Origin: Octopus vulgaris
Taxonomy: Eukaryota
Length of the DNA: 64,000 nt
Assembly: GCA_951406725.2 (NCBI GenBank)
Contig: OX597821.1
Coordinates: 92,132,001 to 92,196,000, forward strand
Direction: 5' to 3'
The notes below the pieces were generated by a model that had not been told where the DNA came from, searched no databases, and saw only the letters and a list, made by a program, of their open reading frames with translations. The translations under genes were made by a program, and so were the position numbers. Positions 56,027 through 64,000 of this stretch are shown here, piece after piece. How positions within the stretch are numbered: the first letter of the stretch is position 1; each line of letters begins with the position of its first letter.

Positions 56027-57129
56027 TATGTGAGTGAAAGTATGCGTGCCTGTGTGTGTCTGGGTGTATATTTGTATTTGTGTGGGCATCAGTGCATCTC
56101 TAATACTCTCGACATGATGTCATGTCTCAGATTTCAATGACCATTGATATCGTTGCTACTTTTGTTGTTGCTGTCAGTATTGAAGCTGCTGCTGCTGCAA
56201 CCACTGCTACTGCTGCTGCCAATATAGTTGGTTGCCAAAATGTCTTGTTGGGAGCAGTGAATCGAAGGGGAAAGATATAGATGACCAAAAGAGTTGGTTC
56301 ACTAACAAAATGGTCAAACGTGGCCTTTAACTTAAAAATCTCGTTCAGAAAGAAACAGACCTTGAAGAAATATATGTGTTTGCACATACAAACATTCATA
56401 CATAAATACATATATATATATATACATATCTACATATATGTATGTGTATGTATGTATGTGTTTGTGTGTTTATACATATAGACATACCCGCGCATGCATA
56501 CACACACACACACACTCACACACACATATTTACTGTTTGACATACATTTTTTCCATAGTTGTAACTGAGATTGTTTCTGTAAATCATGACATCTGTATTA
56601 ACATAGGCAGCAACTGGAGCAATTGTTTTTCCAGTTAGGTGCCCTTCTTACTGATAGCCACTCATCCATGAAGAATGAGCCTAACTTGTCTCTCAGCTCA
56701 AGCAAACTAAGACAAATAGATTTATATGCTTCGTCCATGAGTGAAATATAACCATAGTACTAAGTTTAGAATGCTTAACCATCTGAGTAGCAATATTGCT
56801 CCTTGACCTTGAAGTTATATGCATGTATGTGCATATGCAAATGTGTATCAGATCATTAGTTGGCATAAAACTAAGAATTTTAAATAGTATGCCATCAGTC
56901 ACACTGATAAAAAAAAAAATAGATATTTTTCAGCCTTTATAGTTATGAGTTCAATTCTAGTCTTTGTAGATCTGAGTCCCAGAGCCTTTGGAAATGCCAT
57001 ACAACTGAAATTATATTTATCATTTTCTGGAGATCCATAGCCTCTGTTTGTAAATATATTTCCTTTCTAGAAATGAAAGGTGTATTAATAGCTATTAGTT
57101 TTGTGTTGTGCTCAGAGTCTGGACAATCA

Positions 57130-57770
57130 ATTCTTATTATCTCCACACACCAAAGTATCCCTTTTTCTTCACATGTAATTTGATGCAAAAATGGTCCTTT
57201 TTTTCAGTCGAGAAAGCAATACGAGCACACATCGAGGAACTTGTGCTTTTCTTTTATCTCGTTCAGTTGATGTGGAACAAGCCTATCCATTTTGTTAACT
57301 TTCCAGTTTTTTTCAGGTGTCGAGAAACAGTTGTGCGAGATGTTTGGAGTTCTGATGAAAGTTTTCGGACCATTTTCTCAGATTTTGTTCAATCAAAGCA
57401 TTTCATTCATCATGCCGAGTAACTGATTTTTGGCCTCCCTCTTGGTTCATTTTCAAGGCCATCATCTCCTGGACGAGATCTTTGGAACTATCACTGAACA
57501 GTTCTGATGTCAACAAAACCATTACCAAAGGCCCGCTTGATATTCCCTAGAGCTTCTGTAGCAGAGTGATCCAGTTTGTACTCATACAAAAAAATCATTT
57601 AACATTGTTTGGTTGTAATTATTTTCATAATGTCTGTGGGCGCAAATTTTGCATACCAATATTGTTTGGAAATAAAAAGAGTCAAGATTTAATGCAAGGG
57701 TATACATAATTGCTTTTAAATGACTGAAATAACTAGTAATTAAAAATACATTTCATGTATGACAACCTAA
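57130..57770 (-). mobile_element. Mariner 5' half (HTH region), pseudogenised
   Basis: TIR ttaggttgtcatacatgaaa; IFLYEYKLDHSATEALGNIKRAFG...RTVQ..GDDGLENEPRGRP...VRKLSSELQTSRTTVSRHLKKTGK...FLHQITCEEKGIL (cf. IVTCDEKWI). Confidence 0.88.
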
Positions 57771-57786
57771 CACACACACACACACT

Positions 57787-57820
<34 letters not shown>

Positions 57821-57823
<3 letters not shown>

Positions 57824-57917
57824 CTGTAAAATAATTATCATATTATTTTACAGATAAATTTCTCTATTTACATAATATTGAGGTCTCTTTCTATCTTTTG
57901 TTATCTTACCGTTTTTA

Positions 57918-57920
<3 letters not shown>
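57821..57920 (+). mobile_element. Minimal fold-back insertion of family P2: 15-bp hairpin plus 64-nt tail in (TA)n
   Basis: tatctgtaaaataat-tatcat-attattttacagata, then a tail closely matching the reverse complement of 27471-27534. Confidence 0.75.
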
Positions 57921-57964
<44 letters not shown>

Positions 57965-58681
57965 GTATATACACATATATACATTTCCCTTTCCTTATGA
58001 ATATATCAAGTTCTCTATCCACCATTTATTTAGTATAATTGTTCAATTATTTATTTTGATACATCAGCTGATAGTGAGGGTTTCAATGTGTATTCCTCCA
58101 TTTGATTAATATAGAATTACTAGTTCTAGATATTTATTTATTCACATAAGGCCTATTCAATTATATTCATTAGGAATTACTAGACGTATATCTATTTCTA
58201 TACTGTCCTTAATAATTTTATTCATTTGAATTTATTAAAGATATACTTAATCCAATATGGGCAAGTAAAACCTCTTTCTCTTTCATAAACCGATCTACAT
58301 TCAATTAAGGGGAATGGTAATATGACCCAGTTCACCAAAACTGCAACTAGCCATTGTCCACTATGGTCGTAGCTTCACCTCAGGCTATTCTTAGAAAGCA
58401 ATCCAAAAGACACATATGCTGACACAAACAAACACACATGCACATGCTGCTATTTCTGTTGGTAAGCAATTCTCCAACCATTACGATGAGAATTAATTTT
58501 TATAAATTTTGTCAACTTTTACCATGAAGAGATTTTTACCTTTTAAATGGACACTGTAATCTTAATTGCGAAATATGAATGAAGGTAAGAAATTGAAACA
58601 TACGTAGGCAATATGAAATTGACTATCATATAACTTTATTTTTATGGGTTCTAACTCTACTTCTTCCTTATATATAAATAT

Positions 58682-58891
58682 AGTTAATCCAAACATGAAA
58701 ACACAAAGAGAAAACACAACAACGCGAGGACGTGGAACAAGTATAGTATTATTGGACGCTCAGGAAAGGAGGAAAGAAGGAGGGTTTAACGTTTCGAGCG
58801 GAGCTCTTCATCATAAACATAGGAAAAGGAAAGATCCAAAGAAGGGAAGATGGAGGAAAAAATCGCCAACGGTACACACGCGGTCACATTT

Positions 58892-58893
<2 letters not shown>
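58682..58893 (-). mobile_element. Short Penelope-like 3' fragment (family P1)
   Basis: Homologous to 2381-2627; TA-rich left flank and (TA)n right flank. Confidence 0.7.
58784..58818 (-). ncRNA. Minimal type I hammerhead motif, variant core
   Basis: GTTT ATGATGA A GAGC-tcc-GCTC GAA ACGT T AAAC; stems identical to 2509-2543, with A at C3. Confidence 0.6.
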
Positions 58894-58987
<94 letters not shown>

Positions 58988-59211
58988 CATATATATAAAA
59001 CAAAAGGTGTGTTGAAACGATCATTGTGAACCATAAACTTTCCTGTATATTCCATTTTCTATTTCCATCATTTATTTTACACTCAACGTACACTGAGGAA
59101 TTCTTGAGATAGATCCAGTGACAATTATGCAATTACAATGGATGACGCCATGTAGCCATAGACAGTCAACGTGCTTTATTGTCACACTACTAGGAACAAA
59201 CCTACACTTAA

Positions 59212-60642
59212 ATATATATGTAAGGAAAGATCCGGAGAAATAGTCACCAGGGTAGTCAAATGTCACAAAAGCACATTACGATATTGGTAAGCACACATAC
59301 ATGGGTAATAATTCGAAGGAGAAGTGAGACGTGATTAGGACAACATAGGAGAAATGGAAAATGGAGACACACGCACAAGATGTTATTTAAATCATTTGTA
59401 TCGCTAACATATATATTTTTCGATGGATACATTAAAATTAACCCGGGAGGAAAAAATTAATGTGGAATAATGTATCAATCTTGTCAGGGAGGAGAATATA
59501 AATAACAGTGTTCATTAATAAGCCACTTTTACAGATGCAAGAAATTATAATATATAATATATTATACTAGCAGTATCGCCCGGCGTTGCTCGGGTTTGTA
59601 AAGGAAATAACTATATAAGCATTTTTAGAGATGTAAAGTATAATAGCCATCTCAATATGGCTAACCACAAAGGGGGGTGTTACTGTAGCTTTTTACGTTC
59701 TGAGATTTGATAATACATTTTTAGAGAGTTACTTCCCTTATATATGCCAAAAATGCATTAAAAATAGGAAAAAATGATGGTAATTTTTTTTTAATCGTAG
59801 ACTCATCGTAGACACGCGCTAATACCCAGAAGGGCTCGATATGAATCACGACTATAAAATACCGGGTTTTGGTTAAACTGCACCGCAAAATGTAGGAGTA
59901 GTTAGGAATCTAAATCGTAGGAGACAGACACCAGACAACCTCACTTTTATATATATAGATATGAAAAACAAAAGGTGGATAGAGAACGCTAGTAATTTTA
60001 ATATACCGTTAAGAATTTTGACGTCATGGGACGAAAGAAGAAGAGGAAGAAGTGAGAAAGCAAATTAAAGGAGTAATAGAGAAATAAACAAATAGAAAGG
60101 TGAATGACAAATGGATAGAAATGACTAAGCAAGGAATGGGATATATGGAATGAAAATAATCAAGTGAAAGTTACAGTTATTAGGCAAAGGGGACAGACAT
60201 TAATTGAAATAGATTCCTTCTCTTCTCTCGTCCTATGACGTCAAATTTCTTAACGGTATTTTAAAATTACTAGCGTTCTCTATCCAGCTTTTGTTTTATC
60301 ATATATTATATATTATATTTTATAATTTCTTAATTTCTTACATATGTAAAAGTGGCTTATTAATGAACACTGTTATTTATAATCTCTTGCCACATTATTT
60401 TTCCTCGAGGATTAATTTTAATATATCCATCGAAACATATATGTCGGCGATATAAATGATTTAAATAACATCTTGTGTGTTTATTTCCATTTTCCATTTC
60501 TCTTGTGTTCTCCAAAACACGTCTCACTTCTACTTCGAATTATTATCCATGTATGAGTGGTTACTAATATTTTAAAGTTCTTATGTGACATTTGAATGCC
60601 ATGGTAACTATTTCTCCGAATCTTTTCTTGTAAATTAAACAT
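59212..60642. mobile_element. Head-to-head inverted pair of Penelope-like 3' ends
   Basis: Diverged arms 59212-60035 (excluding the Helitron) and 60222-60642, both running out to TA tracts; decayed hammerhead parts at 59401-59492 (-) and 60387-60450 (+). Confidence 0.75.
59567..59959 (-). mobile_element. Non-autonomous Helitron
   Basis: 5' TCTATATATATAAAA, 3' hairpin CCCGAGC-AAC-GCCGGG and CTAG, A|T insertion; the opposite arm shows the empty site. Confidence 0.88.
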
Positions 60643-60705
60643 ATATATATATATATATACAAGGTTTTTCATTATCAAAACCTGAAACTGAACTAGTTAC
60701 TGCAA

Positions 60706-61414
60706 ATGGAAACCTCTAATATAAACGCCTCTCTTAAGGATATACTTATTTCCCCAAGAAAGGTATTCCTTAAACAACTCAGTAATGAAACCAACTCTTT
60801 TATTAATCGTATCAGATGGCAAGCTTTCTTCTTAGATAATAAGAATATTGAACCTCCTTCCAATGACCAAATTTCTGAATTCAGTAAATTGTTCAAATCT
60901 AAAAACAATCCTCCTCCTGGATCAAGATTAAAACAGTTTGAAGCTCACCTCTGGTCTATTGTTAAGAATGTTAAATTCCATCGTTTCTCCTTAAGGAATA
61001 AACATCTGAGATATCTACATAATATCACCAAGGAAATTAACAGCAAGACCACAAACCTAACTTCTTCAGTAACCCAGCTCTCCGTCTTATCAGTCCTTCT
61101 AGCTCTGATATTGGTGTACTTAGTAAAAATATTATTGATAAGTACATTCCGTCCTTAACTTTAAAAAAAAACTTAATTTATGGTCTAATTCATTCACGGT
61201 TAAAGACTGGTTCAACTCTATTGATAATAAACTAAGCACTAAATTTATCCAGTTTGATATTTGTAGTTTTTATTCCTCTATTAATCATATCAAACTTAAT
61301 AAAACCATATGGTTCGTGCATAATAAATCTGGCCTCATCCACAATGAAATTAATGTAGTTTTAGCAACTAGAAAATCAATTATCAAATTTGATAATAAAT
61401 TTTGGGTTCGAAAA
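60706..61414 (+). mobile_element. Penelope-like (Naiad-type) reverse transcriptase, N-terminal fragment with deletion and frameshifts
   Basis: SLKDILISPRKVFLKQL..TNSFINRIRWQAFF...FKSKNNPP..LKQFEAHLW.IVKNVKF / DHKPNFFSNPALRLISPSSSDIGVLSKNIID / LNLWSNSFTVKDWF...FIQFDICSFYSSI...RKSIIKFDNKFWVRK; FDI..FY.SI is the RT motif-3 equivalent. Confidence 0.88.
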
Positions 61415-61418
61415 GTTA

Positions 61419-62011
61419 TACATTTAAATACAAGAGAAACTGCCTTCAACAAGCAGTTTTACATGTTAGAAGTAGTCAAAACTACCAAAATCACATTTAA
61501 GAGCAATCTTCAAAAGAAAAGATTAAATATTTAAATGTTCACTATTTTATATTAAGAATATGTTGTCTATTGACATTTTATATATGCTAGGCCACTGGTA
61601 GTGAAATTTCTAAAAAAAAACTCGCTAACCTATATTTTACGTATATGTTTTTAATAATTTTTAGAAGATTGGTTCAGCATATATTCATTCACTGCGGACT
61701 GAAACTGCGCTTGCGCGGTGAATTTGGAAAATTATAATGTATAACGATGAGACACATGTTATTCGTCTCTTAGTTATATGTTAGTGTTATGGCGCGGTTA
61801 CTGATGAGAAATTCGCCTAGCAAATTATTTTATTTGCTAAAAAAATTTTGAAAACTTCTTCTAGCGTGTAAAACTACTTGTTGAAGGCAGTTTCTCTTGT
61901 GTTTAAATGTACACTACTTTTTATTGAGAATATATTCTCTATTGACTTTCTATATATGCTAGGCCACTGGTAGTGAAATTTCTGAAAAAAATTCGCCACC
62001 CTATATTTTAC

Positions 62012-62013
<2 letters not shown>
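61419..62013 (+). mobile_element. Two tandem Penelope-like 3' ends, the first with an inverted stub
   Basis: 61526-61646 repeats 61901-62013 directly; 61419-61473 is an inverted copy of 61857-61911; ends in (TA)n. Confidence 0.75.
61792..61868 (+). ncRNA. Type I hammerhead ribozyme motif, canonical core, weak stem III
   Basis: GCGCgGTTA CTGATGA GAAATT..TAGCAAAT-loop-ATTTGCTA..AATTTT GAA AACTTCTT C TAGCGTGT; UUC triplet. Confidence 0.65.
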
Positions 62014-62092
<79 letters not shown>

Positions 62093-62590
62093 ATTGAATA
62101 AGGGTAGAAATTGATATTAATCAATTAAAACCAGTGGCCTAGCATTTTAAAAAAATCCGAAGTTTAAAATATTTTTAACATACAAAATTTGATGGACTGA
62201 TCACTAAAAGGGGACGGTCAATATGCTAGATATAGACGTCAAAATCGCTATTTTCCACGAAGAATGTGTTCTCAAGAAAAAACTCAGCACAAAACCAAAG
62301 TGTAAAAAATAAGCAAGACAAATGAAAATATACGAAATAAAAACGATTACCTATGTACCGATCAGTTTCACTTGTTAATATTCACGTATATGCATTCGCG
62401 AAAATCTGCAAGCTCATCAGCATAGTCTGTCGTATACAAACGTAATTTCCAGAACTAGATACATAACGTTTGACCGGAGTCCCGCATGCATAGAGTTCAG
62501 CAAATTATATTTATGTGTGTCTTTCAAATGCATTCACTTTGGCGCGCTGAGATCGGAAATCTACCCTGCAGCTAATAAATTACAGCAGTC
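62093..62590 (-). mobile_element. Penelope-like 3' fragment flanked by (TA)n
   Basis: Contains a hammerhead and the terminal ATGCTAGGCCACTGGT motif; tail-to-tail with the preceding element across one (TA)n tract. Confidence 0.75.
62351..62425 (-). ncRNA. Type I hammerhead ribozyme, canonical core
   Basis: CTATG CTGATGA GCTTG..TTCGCG..CGTGAA..CAAGT GAA ACTGATCGGT A CATAG. 5-bp stem I, extended stem II, stem III one base from the palindrome ACCGATCGGT, GUA triplet. Confidence 0.82.
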
Positions 62591-63542
62591 AATATACATA
62601 TATATACATATATATATATACATATATATATGTATGTATATATTATAGTATACACTAACTTGGTATCTATGTCAATAAAATATTTCCAATTGCGTGTTTT
62701 TTGCTTAAAATTTTGCAATCTTTTAAAATCAACTTCCATTAAACTCCAGCAGGGCTGCAGTCCAGTGACTAAAACCAAGAAGAAAGAAGCAAAAGATTTT
62801 TTCCGATACAGTATATAGTTAGTGTGTTGTATTTGGTAACATTTTGTAAACAATCTGTTTACATTGAGGTGTCTGTAACTTCCATTAAATTAGATCATTT
62901 GCGAGTGTCATAAAGGCATTAGAATGTAGAAATTTACCTTCATTTATGTGATTTGTGCAAGGAGTTCCACTTAATTGGAAAACTCGTTATTGGTCTAATA
63001 ACATCTTAATTGACTTTGATGTTCACATCCCTAGCTTTGTAGAGTTATTTTCCTTTGGTGACAGATGTTGGTATGTGTATCAGTAGATGCATGTTTACTC
63101 TCTCTCTCTCTCCCTCTCTCTCACACACACACATACACATGCACTTACACATCAATTTTTACAAAGTTAAGGTTGACAGTGTCTTTGAAGTTTCAGCTTA
63201 TTTGCAGTCATAATAAATATGTACTCAACTAAAATGCATTGAGAAATCTTTCAGTTTAATGTTAAATTGTGTTTATACGTAATTACAGATAAAACCAAGC
63301 ATTAATATGCACATACATACACACAGACACACACGCACACAAACACGCGCATGCACACATGCAGGCACGCACATGCACACGCATACACACATACATCATC
63401 AATGTTGTAACATTTACATATTCATGCTTGCATGGATCAGACTGTGTGTGCAAGTATATGTGCATATGTGTGTGTGTGTGTGTGCGTGCATAAATACATG
63501 TCTTTTCTTGTATCATCTTCATATTCACTTTTCTACGTTTAC

Positions 63543-63644
63543 CTGTGTCAGACAAAATTCCTTCAAGCAGATCTTCCATTTTTCCATACTCTTCCTGTTG
63601 CTCACACTCATTGGTTTCCATGCAAGCTGATATTTCTTCGTTTC
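63543..63644 (-). CDS. Candidate internal coding exon of an unidentified host gene
   Basis: Minus strand tttgtgtctaaAG|GAAACG...GACACAG|GTAAAC; 102 bp, phase 1-1, open frame NEEISACMETNECEQQEEYGKMEDLLEGILSDT; unique sequence between microsatellites. Confidence 0.4.
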
Positions 63645-64000
63645 CTTTAGACACAAATATCAGAATACCCAGATGTGTATTCCAGCAAGATTGCAAATAA
63701 ACGTCATCACTTGGCTTAGTTTGTACTGGAATTATAGAAGACATGCTCAAAGTAGCATACAGTTTGACGAGCTCTGAGACCACATGATTGCAAATGAACT
63801 AACAAGTCCCACAGTCATGCCTATGTATATCATATTTTTATGTGAGAGTATGTGTCTGTGTGTGTGTGTGTGTGTGTATACAAATGGGAGTTCGGAGGGA
63901 TATATCATGTAGGCAGATACCGTGGTGGCTCAAAAGAACTAGGAGCCCTGTGAAAACACTAACGTCAAATTTGACCTAATTAGATCGAACCCGGACTTCG

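Noticed and set aside
56693-56902. Gypsy-like DGILFK peptide
   Set aside because: No downstream integrase zinc-finger residues are recognisable; too short to call.
59088-59160. Hammerhead at CTGAGGA
   Set aside because: No downstream GAAA box or stem III in a compatible position.
61735-61783. SECIS element upstream of the hammerhead
   Set aside because: A real stem-loop with ATGA, but there is no 3' GA partner for the quartet and no apical AA at the right spacing.
62490-62540. SECIS-like GUGA...AAA...UGAA on the minus strand
   Set aside because: Helix II pairs poorly (several U-U mismatches and a bulge).

Overview
Very AT-rich, microsatellite-saturated animal DNA. The SINE families and (TA)n/(CA)n density are what I recall for Octopus; the species assignment is inference. 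Almost all listed ORFs are microsatellite artefacts, and no intact host gene is visible (one candidate 102-bp exon). The window is a nested transposon landscape: at least four tRNA-derived SINE families, RTE-type LINE pieces, an L1/Tx1-like ORF1 remnant, mariner, piggyBac, hAT and Merlin-like non-autonomous elements, and two Helitrons. The main hidden signal is a set of about ten Penelope-like (PLE, probably Naiad-clade) retroelement insertions from several families. They mostly abut (TA)n tracts, many form fold-back inverted repeats, and they carry type I hammerhead ribozyme motifs with palindromic or near-palindromic stem III. Four motifs have canonical cores (22208-22302, 38807-38917, 61792-61868, 62351-62425); the rest are variant or decayed. 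All calls were made by eye, with no database search or folding software.
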